Under the pieces are notes generated by a model, which was not told the origin of the DNA, did no database searches, and saw nothing but the letters and a program-made list of their open reading frames with translations. This document shows, piece by piece, positions 18,087 through 28,528 of a stretch of 64,000 bases of DNA. This DNA is from Candidatus Micrarchaeota archaeon (GTDB lineage: Archaea; Micrarchaeota; Micrarchaeia; Norongarragalinales; Norongarragalinaceae): NCBI GenBank assembly GCA_016207165.1, contig JACQQD010000009.1, positions 106,660-170,659 of the forward strand, read 5' to 3'. The position numbers were made by a program, and so were the translations under genes. Positions within the stretch are counted from its first letter, which is position 1. Each line of letters starts with the position of its first letter.

Positions 18087-19685
18087 ATGGGCGTCAGCGT
18101 ATCTTCGGTTCCAGTCCACGTTTTCGACACGACGCTTCGGGACGGCGAGCAGTCGCCGGGCTGTTCCATGACCGCTGAAGAAAAGCTCATCATCGCCCGC
18201 CAATTGGTTCGGCTGAACGTGGACGTCATTGAAGCGGGGTTTCCCGTTGCCTCCAATGACGATTTTGATGCCGTCAAGCGCATTGCCGAGGAAATTCGGG
18301 TCCCCACAATAGCCGCGCTTTGCCGGGCCCAGCCCGAGGACATCACCCGCGGTGCCAAAGCCATTGAACCGGCGGCCAAGCCCCGCATCCACACGTTTAT
18401 TGCCACGTCCGACATCCACCTCCAGCACAAGCTGAAGATGACGAAACCCGAGGTGCTGGCACGCGTCAAGGAAATGGTGGGGCTGGCAAAAAGCCACGTT
18501 TCGGATGTGGAGTTTTCCTCCGAGGACGCGTCTCGAAGCGATGTTTCATTTCTCAAGCAAGTCGTCCGCACCGCCGTGGACGCGGGGGCCACCACCATCA
18601 ACTTGCCGGATACGGTGGGCTACGCGCAGCCGGCTGAATACGGCGCCATGGTCCGGCAAATTGCGGACATGCCGGAATGTGCGGGGGTCACTATTTCGGT
18701 TCACTGCCACGACGACTTGGGCCTGGCCGTAGCCAATTCGCTTTCCGGAATTCAGAATGGAGCGCGGCAGGTGGAGTGTACCGTGAACGGCATTGGCGAG
18801 CGGGCCGGCAATGCATCCTTGGAAGAAGTCGTGATGAACCTCAAAACCCGGCCGCGCCTTTTTCATGCGCACACCAACGTGGTTTCCCAGGAGCTTTTCC
18901 GTACCAGCCGCCTCGTTGCGGAATTGACGGGTTCGCCCGTCCAGCGGAACAAAGCCATTGTGGGAGCCAACGCGTTTGCGCATGAGGCCGGCATCCACCA
19001 GCACGGGGTCCTTGCCAACCGCATGACGTACGAAATCATGGCGGCCGGGGACGTGGGATGGAAAGGCGAGGACTTGGTCATTGGCAAGCATTCGGGCAAG
19101 CATGCCATTCACGCGGTCTTGTCCGGCATCGGCATCGAATTGGCGCCGGACCAACTGCGGGAAGTCGTGGAGAAAGTCAAGGAGCTGGGTGACAAGCAAA
19201 AAGACGTAGGGTCCGATGACGTCATCGGCATTGCCGAGGACGTCATGCAACGCGGACTGACGCCGGCGTTCTCGGTCCTGGATTACGTCGCCGTAACAGG
19301 CGACAAGGTGCCGGCCACGGCGACCATCAAGCTTTTCAAGGATGGAACCGAAGTCACGACTACCGCGCACGGCATTGGCGTGGTGGACGCCACGTTTTCG
19401 GCGCTCACCAAAGTCCTGCCAATTCAGGCCCGGCTTCAGCGGTACTCCCTTGAGGCCATTACAGGCGGCTCCAACGCCCTGGCCGCGATTACGGTGGTCT
19501 TGGAGGACGAGTCGGGACGCAAATTCCGTTCAAGGGCGGTGCACGAGGACATCGTCTTGGCGTCGCTGAAAGCGTTGGTCAATGGATACAACAAAGTACT
19601 TGTGTCAGGTGAAAAAAATGGGCGAAACAGTGTTTCTCAACGGCAAACCCTTCACCCCGCATCAAATGCCAGTCAGCGCGTTTGA
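18087..19685 (+). CDS. leuA: 2-isopropylmalate synthase
   Basis: DTTLRDGEQ, HCHDDLGLAVAN, GIGERAGN, HEAGIHQHG and a C-terminal regulatory domain; followed by ilvE-leuCDB. Confidence 0.95.
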   Translation: MGVSVSSVPVHVFDTTLRDGEQSPGCSMTAEEKLIIARQLVRLNVDVIEAGFPVASNDDFDAVKRIAEEIRVPTIAALCRAQPEDITRGAKAIEPAAKPRIHTFIATSDIHLQHKLKMTKPEVLARVKEMVGLAKSHVSDVEFSSEDASRSDVSFLKQVVRTAVDAGATTINLPDTVGYAQPAEYGAMVRQIADMPECAGVTISVHCHDDLGLAVANSLSGIQNGARQVECTVNGIGERAGNASLEEVVMNLKTRPRLFHAHTNVVSQELFRTSRLVAELTGSPVQRNKAIVGANAFAHEAGIHQHGVLANRMTYEIMAAGDVGWKGEDLVIGKHSGKHAIHAVLSGIGIELAPDQLREVVEKVKELGDKQKDVGSDDVIGIAEDVMQRGLTPAFSVLDYVAVTGDKVPATATIKLFKDGTEVTTTAHGIGVVDATFSALTKVLPIQARLQRYSLEAITGGSNALAAITVVLEDESGRKFRSRAVHEDIVLASLKALVNGYNKVLVSGEKNGRNSVSQRQTLHPASNASQRV

Positions 19686-20517
19686 CCACGGGTTGTTGTA
19701 CGGAGACGGAGTGTTTGAAGGCATCCGCTTCCAAGAAAAAGGGTTGCTTTTGTTGGATGAACACGTACAGCGCCTCTACGACTCGGCTCGCATGATCCAA
19801 TTGCGCATAGCCCAGAACCCGGACGAAATGCGGCGCATGGTCATCGAAGCGGTTCGGCATTGCGGCATGGAAAACGGGTACGTGCGGTTGGTCGTCACCC
19901 GGGGAGTGGGGGATTTGGGCGTGAACCCAGCCAGTTGCGGGACGCCGACGGTCATGATTTTGGTGTCCACCATTTCGCTTTACCCGGAGAAGTTCTACGA
20001 AGAAGGCCTTCGCGTCCACGTCTGCCAGACTAAAAAGCCTCCCTTGGATGTGCTTCCCTGCAACGCCAAGACGTGCAATTACCTGAACAACGGCTTGGCG
20101 GCCTTGGAGTTCACAAAAGAAGGATGCCAGGAGGGCTTGATGCTGACAACGGAAGGCTTCGTGTCGGAAGCCACCGCGGACAACGTGTTCGGCATTCAGG
20201 GAAACGCGTTGTTCACGCCCAGTCTGGACACGAATTGTTTGCCGGGCATCACGCGCGCCAAAGTCATGGAGTTGGCCAAGGAAAAAGGATTCCAAGTCAG
20301 GGAAGGCAAGTACCTTCCAGACGAGTTCAGGGAGGCCGATGAAGTGTTTCTCACGGGCACCGGAGCGGGCATCATTGCGGTTACGACGCTTGGCGGCCAA
20401 CGCATTGGAAACGGCAAGACCGGTAAAACGACGCGGGCGCTTCGCGACGCGTACGAATCAAAGTGCAGGCAATGGTTGACTTTCGTGGATGCGCATGAAC
20501 GAAAACTTGTTCGATAA
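19618..20517 (+). CDS. ilvE: Branched-chain amino acid aminotransferase
   Basis: [22 protein letters not shown] (PLP Lys), LPGITR and EVFLTGTGA; CAGGTGA SD before ATG at 19618. Confidence 0.95.
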   Translation: MGETVFLNGKPFTPHQMPVSAFDHGLLYGDGVFEGIRFQEKGLLLLDEHVQRLYDSARMIQLRIAQNPDEMRRMVIEAVRHCGMENGYVRLVVTRGVGDLGVNPASCGTPTVMILVSTISLYPEKFYEEGLRVHVCQTKKPPLDVLPCNAKTCNYLNNGLAALEFTKEGCQEGLMLTTEGFVSEATADNVFGIQGNALFTPSLDTNCLPGITRAKVMELAKEKGFQVREGKYLPDEFREADEVFLTGTGAGIIAVTTLGGQRIGNGKTGKTTRALRDAYESKCRQWLTFVDAHERKLVR

Positions 20518-21913
20518 GGTCTGGAACGCGCACGCCGTACGACAGCTGCCCAACGGCCAGACGCAGCTGTTCGTGGGATTGCACTTGATTCACGAAGTCA
20601 CGTCCCCCCAGGCCTTTGCCATGCTGGAGGAGAGCAACCTGACGGTTCGCCATCCGGAGTTGACGGTGGCGACCTGCGACCACATTGTTCCCACGGACTC
20701 CCAGCGAAGGCCCTTTTCGGACGCGTTGGCGGAAACCATGATGGCCCGGCTGGAGCAAAACGTCAAAAAGCACGGCATCCGCTTTTTCGGACCGGAAAGC
20801 GGTAGGCAGGGAATAGTGCACGTGATCGGCCCGGAACTGGGCTTCACCCAGCCCGGAATGGTGATTTGTTGCGGCGACTCGCACACCTCGACGCACGGCG
20901 CGTTTGGCGGCATTGCCTTTGGCATCGGCACCACGCAGGTGCGCGATGTACTGGCCACGCAAACCATTGCGGTGACTAAGCCCAAAGTTCGGCAAATCCA
21001 AGTGGACGGAAAATTGGCCCAAGGGGTGTACGCCAAGGACGTGATTTTGGCCATCATCCGCAAACTAGGAGTTAACGGAGGCATCGGGTACGCGTACGAA
21101 TACGCGGGGTCCACGGTTTCCGCCATGTCCATGGAAGCCCGAATGTCGATTTGCAACATGAGCATCGAAGCTGGCGCGCGCTGCGGTTACGTCAACCCCG
21201 ACGAAACCACCGTTAACTACTTGCGGGGGCGGCTGTTTGCCCCGCCAAGCGATGCGTTTCAAGAAGCCGTAGTATTTTGGAAGACCATGGCATCGCCCGC
21301 CGACGCGGACTTTGACGACCGAGTTTCTTTGGACGCCTCCTCTTTGGAGCCCATGGTCACATGGGGCATTCATCCGGGCCAATCCATCGGGATTTCCGAG
21401 AACGTGCCCAAGGTATTCGAACTCGCTGAATCCGAGCAATCCACGGCCCGGCAAGCGCTGGCCCACATGAACTTGAAAGAAGGACAGCCCATCGCCGGCA
21501 CCAGCATTGATGTCGCGTTCATCGGTTCCTGCACCAATAGCCGAATTTCCGACTTGCGGGAAGCGGCGAGCGTGGTTAAAGGCCGAACAGTCAAAGAAGG
21601 CGTGACCGCGTTGGTCGTGCCGGGTTCCCAAGCCGTGGCGGCGCAGGCAGTCGCCCAGGGTTTGGACGCCGTGTTTCGGGAAGCCGGTTTCCAGTGGCGG
21701 AATGCGGGTTGCTCCATGTGTTTGGCCATGAACCCCGACCAATTGGTTGGAAACCAAGTGTGCGCTTCCTCTTCGAACCGCAACTTCATCGGCCGGCAAG
21801 GAAGCCCAACGGGAAGAACCCTGCTGATGAGTCCGGCCATGGTGGCCGCCGCCGCCATCGAGGGACGCGTGACGGACGTCCGCGACTACGTGAGCGAGGC
21901 CGCGGTTGCATGA
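20495..21913 (+). CDS. leuC: 3-isopropylmalate dehydratase large subunit
   Basis: [35 protein letters not shown] and [10 protein letters not shown]. Confidence 0.97.
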   Translation: MNENLFDKVWNAHAVRQLPNGQTQLFVGLHLIHEVTSPQAFAMLEESNLTVRHPELTVATCDHIVPTDSQRRPFSDALAETMMARLEQNVKKHGIRFFGPESGRQGIVHVIGPELGFTQPGMVICCGDSHTSTHGAFGGIAFGIGTTQVRDVLATQTIAVTKPKVRQIQVDGKLAQGVYAKDVILAIIRKLGVNGGIGYAYEYAGSTVSAMSMEARMSICNMSIEAGARCGYVNPDETTVNYLRGRLFAPPSDAFQEAVVFWKTMASPADADFDDRVSLDASSLEPMVTWGIHPGQSIGISENVPKVFELAESEQSTARQALAHMNLKEGQPIAGTSIDVAFIGSCTNSRISDLREAASVVKGRTVKEGVTALVVPGSQAVAAQAVAQGLDAVFREAGFQWRNAGCSMCLAMNPDQLVGNQVCASSSNRNFIGRQGSPTGRTLLMSPAMVAAAAIEGRVTDVRDYVSEAAVA

Positions 21914-22530
21914 GTTCCAAAATCCAGCGCATGGCGGGAACGGCCATCGTGGTTCGCGGTGATGACATCGACACGGACCGCATCATTCCCGCGCGCTTTT
22001 TGAAAGCCGTCACGTTTGACGAACTGGGCGGAAAAGTGTTTTACGACGAGCGGTTTGACGCAAACGGCCAAACGAAAAACCACCCCTTGAATGCCCCGCA
22101 CGCCAAACAGGCCAAAATCGGTTTGGTCAACAAGAACTTCGGCTGCGGCTCGTCGCGCGAGCACGCGCCGCAAGCCATCAAACGCTTCGGAATCCAAGCC
22201 CTGGTCGGGGAAAGTTTTGCCGAGATTTTTGCATCCAATTGCCTGGCCATTGGCGTTCCGGCGGTGACGGCTTCGCACGACGACGTGAAAAAAGCCATGG
22301 ATTTCGTGGAAAAAAATTCGGGCCAGCCACTTGAATTGGACGTGGAAAGAGGCACGCTTTCAGTTGGAGGGCAATTTGTTTCCATCGCGCTTCCGGCGGC
22401 GGCAAAAAAGGCGTTGGTGGACGGCCGCTGGGATTTTCTGCAAGAACTCTTGGACGCCGGGGAGCGAATCGAGCAAACCGCTTCGAAATTGCCCTACCTT
22501 TCGTTTAACGCGTGGAGCCAAAAAAGTTGA
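21910..22530 (+). CDS. leuD: 3-isopropylmalate dehydratase small subunit
   Basis: [25 protein letters not shown] and SFAEIF; ATGA overlap with leuC. Confidence 0.97.
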   Translation: MSSKIQRMAGTAIVVRGDDIDTDRIIPARFLKAVTFDELGGKVFYDERFDANGQTKNHPLNAPHAKQAKIGLVNKNFGCGSSREHAPQAIKRFGIQALVGESFAEIFASNCLAIGVPAVTASHDDVKKAMDFVEKNSGQPLELDVERGTLSVGGQFVSIALPAAAKKALVDGRWDFLQELLDAGERIEQTASKLPYLSFNAWSQKS

Positions 22531-22535
22531 CGGGT

Positions 22536-23597
22536 ATGGTGAAGCACTATTCCGTGGCCGTGATTGAAGGCGACGGCATTGGTCCGGAAATCGTTTCCGC
22601 GGCCAAAAACGTGTTGGCCAAGGCCGGCCAATCCGAGGATATTTCCTTTGAGTTTCTCGACGCGCCGGCGGGAGCCAAAACCTTCCAGCAAACCGGTACG
22701 GCGTTGCCCAAAGACACCCTGCAAGCATGCCGGGATGCGGATGCCGTCATCAAGGGCCCGGTGGGTTTGCCTTCAGTTACCCCCGGCGTCGTCGAGCGTG
22801 ACGTGGTCTTGGGTTTGCGCCAGGAACTGGATTTGTACGCCAACGTCCGGCCCACCGTTTTGTACCCTTCGTTGCTGGACCAGTCGCCGCTTCGGGCCGA
22901 AAAAGTCAAAGACGGCGTAGACATCCTATTCGTTCGGGAGAATTCGGAGGGCCTCTACTCGCGTCAAGGATCCAAGGACCAGCACCGTGCAACGGACGTG
23001 AGCGTCTACTCGCAAAAAGGCGTGGACCGGATTCTAGCGTACGCGTTTCAAGCCGCCGAAAACCGGAAAAAGAAGGTTACGTCCGTGGACAAGGCCAACG
23101 TATTGAAAACGAGTTTGTTTTGGCGGGAACGCTTTGAAGCCATAGGCAAAACGCATCCGGGAATCAAGACGGAGTCCGTTTACGTGGACGCCATGTCGCA
23201 GTATCTCCTCCGCTGTCCGTCCAATTACGACGTGGTGGTCACGGACAACTTGTTCGGCGACATCCTCACGGACGAGGCCTCGGAAATCACGGGTTCACTT
23301 GGTTTGGGTCCGGGCGCGAATTTGAATCCTGAAACCAAAACCGGCATGTTTGAGCCGCTCCATGGTTCCGCGCCGGAAATCGGCGGGAAAAACGTGGCCA
23401 ACCCCATTGGCATGATTCTGTCCATGAAGTTGTTGCTGGAGTTCCTGGGGCACCCGGAAGCGGGAAAGCGCATTGACGATGCGGTCCAACACGTACTAGA
23501 AAAAGGTTATCGGACGGCGGACATTGCGGGGAAAAATACGATTGCCATTGGAACACGGGAAATGGGGGCAAGAATTGCATCCATGGCGGGAACCTAA
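22536..23597 (+). CDS. leuB: 3-isopropylmalate dehydrogenase
   Basis: GDGIGPEI, VDKANVL, NLFGDILTD and EPLHGSAPEIGGK. Confidence 0.96.
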   Translation: MVKHYSVAVIEGDGIGPEIVSAAKNVLAKAGQSEDISFEFLDAPAGAKTFQQTGTALPKDTLQACRDADAVIKGPVGLPSVTPGVVERDVVLGLRQELDLYANVRPTVLYPSLLDQSPLRAEKVKDGVDILFVRENSEGLYSRQGSKDQHRATDVSVYSQKGVDRILAYAFQAAENRKKKVTSVDKANVLKTSLFWRERFEAIGKTHPGIKTESVYVDAMSQYLLRCPSNYDVVVTDNLFGDILTDEASEITGSLGLGPGANLNPETKTGMFEPLHGSAPEIGGKNVANPIGMILSMKLLLEFLGHPEAGKRIDDAVQHVLEKGYRTADIAGKNTIAIGTREMGARIASMAGT

Positions 23598-23971
23598 GAC
23601 TTCGAATCTTCTGGAAACTCCGTGCAATCGTATTGGTAGAACGGCAACCCATTGGAAACGAAGACAGTGCGTTGGCCTCCTTCGGAAAACGGCATGCGGT
23701 CCACGGGCAAGTCCTTTTTGATGCCCAAGACGTTAAACGAAATCACGTCGCCGTCCACGGTGATGGGTCCGGTAATGGAAACAGTTGGGGAACGGTATTT
23801 TCCGGAACCGGTAACGGAAATGAGTATGTCGACGGTGGCGTCCTCGGAAACCCAGCAACCCGCCAGGGCTTTCTTGTCTTGCGGCAAGGGCTTGCCTTCG
23901 AATGCGCCCAGGCACCCTGCCAAGAAAGCCGATAGAACGGCCAAAACGATGAACGCCAGGGGGGCCTTCAT
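23594..23971 (-). CDS. Putative lipoprotein
   Basis: MKAPLAFIVLAVLSAFLAGC, a signal peptide with a lipobox-like LAGC. Confidence 0.7.
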   Translation of the reverse strand: MKAPLAFIVLAVLSAFLAGCLGAFEGKPLPQDKKALAGCWVSEDATVDILISVTGSGKYRSPTVSITGPITVDGDVISFNVLGIKKDLPVDRMPFSEGGQRTVFVSNGLPFYQYDCTEFPEDSKS

Positions 23972-24025
23972 GAACACCCAAACGTTGAATCGGTTATTAT
24001 GCGTTTAGTTGAGGACGACGGGTTT

Positions 24026-24511
24026 TCAGCTTTCTTCGTGGGCTTGAAAGCGTGTTCGAATGGCTTGGATGCTGCGCGCCAATTTGGGTTTCCGTCCGGA
24101 GGCAATCCGCTCAAGCGTCCGCGGGGTGGCCCTCAGGATGCCTTGGTCAATTGCTTGAAGGAACAGACGGCGTAGGGCCACGGCTTCGGGGTGCTTGGGT
24201 GCGACGGACGTGAATCTTCGTCGGCCTTCACGAAAATCAACGACGAGGTATTCATCCGTCTGGTGTCGGTAACCGACTTGAATGACTTGCTTGAATTGCG
24301 GGTCGTGAAGGGTCACGTAAAATTCGGCGTTTCTGGGTTGTTGCTGGGGAACTTGCATTTCAAATCCAATGGGGGCGGCGGGATGATCAGGCATCGCATG
24401 ATAATAGTTTCCGCTTTGCAGGCCCCCTTTCTTGCCTTTGGTCCACGCATAGGGTTTTGGCATCCAGTCGGGGTGGCGGCGAACGATTTCCGAGAGCCGA
24501 AGATCCAGCAT
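24026..24511 (-). CDS. Hypothetical basic protein
   Basis: ORF between top6A and the lipoprotein gene; start ATG 24511 (TTG 24535 possible). Confidence 0.55.
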   Translation of the reverse strand: MLDLRLSEIVRRHPDWMPKPYAWTKGKKGGLQSGNYYHAMPDHPAAPIGFEMQVPQQQPRNAEFYVTLHDPQFKQVIQVGYRHQTDEYLVVDFREGRRRFTSVAPKHPEAVALRRLFLQAIDQGILRATPRTLERIASGRKPKLARSIQAIRTRFQAHEES

Positions 24512-24550
24512 GTCTGCAAGGTGAATTGGAAGCAACGTGTTAAAGACGTT

Positions 24551-25687
24551 TTAGGGAAGGAAGTCCTTGGCCTTGATTTTCTCTGGAAGGTAGTTGTTGG
24601 AGATGTACTGCAGGTTTTTAGATGAAAGCGCCTGGATTTCGGCTTTGAGTTTCTTGTCCAAGAACAAGTTGATTTCGTGCTGCCATTCCTTGGCTTTGAA
24701 CCAGTCGTAGGCCTGCATTTCCTTCGCTCTTTTGATGTCGACGTCTTTCGCCTTGATGGTCACCGCTCTCAAGTCGTACGCCTCGATGTCGGAGGTGGAC
24801 ATGCCCAAAAACTTCATGTCCGGGCAACCCAGCCGCTCCGATTCATGGGCGAGGGCCATGGAGCCGTACTTCATGGTTGAATAAATGTACCATCCGTACG
24901 GGTCCGAGTCCGTCAAGCAGTAGATGGGGACTTTGAGTTCCTCGCTGATACGCTGCAAAAGCCTTCTTGCGCCTCGGGCGGCCTGCCCGGCCGTGGTCAT
25001 GAGCAGGCAGTTGTTTTTCTTCCAGTATCCGTCTTCATTGAGGCGGTCAAAAATCGCGTTTTTTTCGGCGACCAGCACGTACTCTATTTCCACGTCCTTG
25101 AACTCGATTTGTTCGACGATGCTGGGAACCGCCCACCCGCCGGAACCCATGCGTTCCAAGTCGATGGTGTCCACCTTGTCTCGGACGCGGTCAACCACCT
25201 TCATGGGTCCGGCCATGCGCCCTTTCGGTTCGGCCCGCAAATGCAGGCGTTCGCGAAAAGAGTCCAAGGCGACTTCCAAGTCGACAATCGCGATGTCGGA
25301 TTCCTTTTGTTCGTCGATGGTATCCTCCTTGGTCCCTTGGATCGTGTGTTTTTTGGCGTAGTACAAGTCACGAAGGGTGGCGGTCAAGTCGTTGGCAAGC
25401 AAATCTTTCTTGACGTAGGAGGCTACAAGCAGTGTCTGCATGAACCGGCGCGCATGCGCCACGTTGAACAAGTAACGGCGCGCCACTTTGTCGCCCAACC
25501 GGATTTTCTTGTCTTTTTCGTCGAAAAAGACGTTGCCGGATCCCCGAATGGGGATGTCCAAGTGTGGGTTCTCCTCTTTTTCTATTTCCTTGATGAGTTG
25601 TTCGGCGAGTTTTTCGATGCGCTGGTTCATTTCCTCGATGCGCTTTTTCTTGTCGGCGGGAGTGGTTGGAGTTCTTTTGGCGTTCAT
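24551..25687 (-). CDS. top6A: DNA topoisomerase VI subunit A
   Basis: TLRDLYY catalytic Tyr; TOPRIM VAEK and TDSDPYG; KAEIQAL. Confidence 0.97.
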   Translation of the reverse strand: MNAKRTPTTPADKKKRIEEMNQRIEKLAEQLIKEIEKEENPHLDIPIRGSGNVFFDEKDKKIRLGDKVARRYLFNVAHARRFMQTLLVASYVKKDLLANDLTATLRDLYYAKKHTIQGTKEDTIDEQKESDIAIVDLEVALDSFRERLHLRAEPKGRMAGPMKVVDRVRDKVDTIDLERMGSGGWAVPSIVEQIEFKDVEIEYVLVAEKNAIFDRLNEDGYWKKNNCLLMTTAGQAARGARRLLQRISEELKVPIYCLTDSDPYGWYIYSTMKYGSMALAHESERLGCPDMKFLGMSTSDIEAYDLRAVTIKAKDVDIKRAKEMQAYDWFKAKEWQHEINLFLDKKLKAEIQALSSKNLQYISNNYLPEKIKAKDFLP

Positions 25688-25696
25688 GATGCAAGT

Positions 25697-27343
25697 TTAC
25701 GCCTCCGCTTCAATTTCTTTCTCGGCTTCGTCTTCAATGGCTTCGAGTTCGTCTTCCGCTTCACTGGCTTCCTGGGATTCGAGGTACTCGGTGCGCTTCT
25801 CGGCAATGCTTTTGAGTTTGGGCATGAGCGCCGAAGCCTTGCGCCCGGAAATGTCTTCCAAGGCTTGAGCGATTTCCGTGATGTACTTGAAAAAGATCAT
25901 GCGTCTTCGCTCTTGCTCTTCGGCTTTCGCCAGCGAACGCAGGTACACGGAGACGTCGCGGGCGGCCTCCATCAAAGCGAACCGGATTTCCGCCACGATT
26001 TCCTCTTCCGCTGAAATGGCGAGTTTCCCGGCGCCGGTGTACGGCACGTACACGGACACCAAATTAACCAGAATGGTGACTGGCAGCGCCTCGAACTCCT
26101 TGAGTTCGTACCGGTTCAAGTCAATGCTCTTGAAGGCCTCCGTAATCGCGCAGTTGCCGGCGTCAAACAACAACGGCACTCGGTTGGCAAACCGCAGCAA
26201 CTCGCCTTTACGCGTTTCCCCGACCAGGGAACCGGAGTTGCCTCCGTACGCGATGGCGACTTCCACGCTGAACGGAATGCCGCCGCGGAACACCTTGGGC
26301 TTTCTCTCAATGACGCGCCACTTCTCGGGCTTCAGCAGGTTCTTGAGCGATTTTTCAAGTTGGTCTTCACCAATGGGAATCAACGTGTCGGTTTCCGGCG
26401 CAATCCACTTGATTTTGGAAAACGCTTTCACGATTTCCTCGGCTTCCGCCCATTGCAAGGCTCTCGGCGACCGCTCCAAATCGATGCCCGGCAGCATGGC
26501 CTGGATTTCCTTGACTTTGTCCGCGGAAATGCGGGTGAAATCGGAAACCAAAAACGAAGAGATTTTTCTCCCGGTGGTCACCGCGGCCATGTCCATGAGG
26601 TCCGACGTCGTCAACCCCAAGGGGTGCGGCTTGACGGCTTTGGCCTTCTTGGGCACTACATTGGTGGCCCTGGGAAAAACCGTCAACTGTTTGTCCGGTT
26701 CCAACAGCGTGATTTGGGCGTGAGGGTTGGCCAACGCCGTCCTTCGCAGGTACTCGTAGACGCCGTACTCGGAGCGGTTGTACCCGACTTCCGCGTACTC
26801 TGCTTCGATGCGCGTGCCCTGGAACTTCCCGGAATACTCCTTCTCGTTCTCGATCTTGGCCGCATTCGTCTTGATGTCGATGGAGACGTCGGCTTCGTAA
26901 ATCTTGCCGTCCCCCAAACTCGTCTTGACGTGCGTGGGTTTGCCCGTCGTGATTTGCGAAAACAGCGTGGCGTACGCGGCGCCAATGCCTTGCTGGCCCC
27001 GCTTCTGGGCGCGGTGATGGAACTTGGTGCCAGCCAAGAGTTTTCCAAGCGCTTGGCCCACGTTTTTCTTGGGGATGCCGGTGCCGTTGTCTTGGACGAC
27101 CACCTTGAAATGGTCTTGGGGCAACTCCGCGATCTCCACGCGGAGGTCCGGCGTGATTTTGGCGTCCTCGCACGAGTCCAAGGAATTGGTGACGAATTCG
27201 TGGACGATGGTCGTCAGGCTGCGCAGCTTGCCGGAGTACCCCAGCATCTGGCGGTTCTTCTTGAAGAACTCCGCCACCGAGTACTCTTGGAAGGCCTTCT
27301 CCAATTCCGTTCGGGTGGGTGCTTTTTCTTCCGCCAAAATCAC
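25697..27343 (-). CDS. top6B: DNA topoisomerase VI subunit B
   Basis: GHKL motifs EFVTNSLD, DNGTGI and RGQQGIG; RFANRVPL; VPYTGAGK. Confidence 0.97.
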   Translation of the reverse strand: MILAEEKAPTRTELEKAFQEYSVAEFFKKNRQMLGYSGKLRSLTTIVHEFVTNSLDSCEDAKITPDLRVEIAELPQDHFKVVVQDNGTGIPKKNVGQALGKLLAGTKFHHRAQKRGQQGIGAAYATLFSQITTGKPTHVKTSLGDGKIYEADVSIDIKTNAAKIENEKEYSGKFQGTRIEAEYAEVGYNRSEYGVYEYLRRTALANPHAQITLLEPDKQLTVFPRATNVVPKKAKAVKPHPLGLTTSDLMDMAAVTTGRKISSFLVSDFTRISADKVKEIQAMLPGIDLERSPRALQWAEAEEIVKAFSKIKWIAPETDTLIPIGEDQLEKSLKNLLKPEKWRVIERKPKVFRGGIPFSVEVAIAYGGNSGSLVGETRKGELLRFANRVPLLFDAGNCAITEAFKSIDLNRYELKEFEALPVTILVNLVSVYVPYTGAGKLAISAEEEIVAEIRFALMEAARDVSVYLRSLAKAEEQERRRMIFFKYITEIAQALEDISGRKASALMPKLKSIAEKRTEYLESQEASEAEDELEAIEDEAEKEIEAEA

Positions 27344-27852
27344 ATCAACTTTTTCTGCCGGTGTTTTTCCCGTTCCAGGTACGAGTACACGCCGACGTGC
27401 TCGGAGCCCTCCAGCAACCTCAATACGGCTTCCTTGGCCGCCCGCAAATCCTCGAATTCGCCAAGAATCGCAATGTGCTCCGGCCCTACGGCCAAAAAAG
27501 CGCCGGAAAGTTCCTGCAACTTTTTCTTCGCGGCGCCTTGTTGCCCAATGATTCGGGCCTTGTAGCGCCGCATCTTCTTCTCGTTGCCGTGAAACGCGTT
27601 TCTCAGGTCAATGGCTTCCAGAAAGTAATCATCGGAGAACAGCTTGAAGGCTTGACGCGGTTGGAACCCGTACGCCAACGCCTTCAACACTTGTTCGACG
27701 ATCCACTCCGTTCCTCCTTCGCCTTCAATGGCGACGTCGCTGTCGTTGATCGCCAAGTCCACTCCGCCTCGCTCAGCGACGTCCTTGAAGATCTTGCCCC
27801 CGTCTTTCTTGAGCAAATTCAGGGTTTTCTTGGGTAACGACAGCAACCGCAT
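27340..27852 (-). CDS. KH-domain rRNA-processing protein (Dim2/Pno1/Krr1-like)
   Basis: GFQPRQAFKL..DDY, ARIIGQQG (GxxG loop) and LLEGSEH..VY; conserved adjacency to top6B in archaea. Confidence 0.88.
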   Translation of the reverse strand: MRLLSLPKKTLNLLKKDGGKIFKDVAERGGVDLAINDSDVAIEGEGGTEWIVEQVLKALAYGFQPRQAFKLFSDDYFLEAIDLRNAFHGNEKKMRRYKARIIGQQGAAKKKLQELSGAFLAVGPEHIAILGEFEDLRAAKEAVLRLLEGSEHVGVYSYLEREKHRQKKLM

Positions 27853-27920
27853 TAAACTTCAATTCCTTATTCCGGCGGGTTCTCGTACCGGATGACTTAA
27901 CCCCTCTTGCTTAAAATACG

Positions 27921-28439
27921 TTATTGTTGTTTTTCGCCGAACGCCTCCTGCAAGACGGCTTCAAGCTCTTCTTGCGTGAACGGCTTGGCGAGGGTATACA
28001 CCTTCCGTCCATGCACCCTCTTTGCATTGCGCATTTCGTCCTGGTGCTGGCCGCTCATGACCACGATGGGAGTCTCCTGGTGTTCGCTTCGGCTTTTGAG
28101 ATTCTGGATGAGTTCCAACCCGCCCAAACCAGTATGAATTCCACGGTAGTGAACATCGGTGAACACGCCGTGGATGACGTCACCGACCGCGTTGGCGTTT
28201 TCCAAGTGTGCTAATGCCTCTTTCAAGTCTTCCGCTTGAAGCACGCGGTGGCCCAGGCGCGTCAAACTGCGGGAGACGACTTTTCGGGGAACCGCTTCGT
28301 CGTCCACGACCAAAAACGTGAGTTTTCGTGGTTCACCGGGCTTTTCAACCAAAGTCGGAGTCGGTCTTCGTCCAAAGGGTTTGGTCAACCACCCCAACCA
28401 CCGGGAAACCGTTTTCCGGAAACCTCCTTCGCGTTGCAT
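27921..28439 (-). CDS. Stand-alone response-regulator receiver (REC) protein with N-terminal extension
   Basis: FLVVDDE, VFTD (phospho-Asp), GLELI, PIVVMSG and LAKPF. Confidence 0.88.
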   Translation of the reverse strand: MQREGGFRKTVSRWLGWLTKPFGRRPTPTLVEKPGEPRKLTFLVVDDEAVPRKVVSRSLTRLGHRVLQAEDLKEALAHLENANAVGDVIHGVFTDVHYRGIHTGLGGLELIQNLKSRSEHQETPIVVMSGQHQDEMRNAKRVHGRKVYTLAKPFTQEELEAVLQEAFGEKQQ

Positions 28440-28528
28440 ACCACAATACGATTTTTGGCCGCTTTAAAGTTTTCCGACCGCCCTCCTTCTCCAAAAGCCG
28501 CTTAAACAATGGCCAGCCCATGCTTTGC

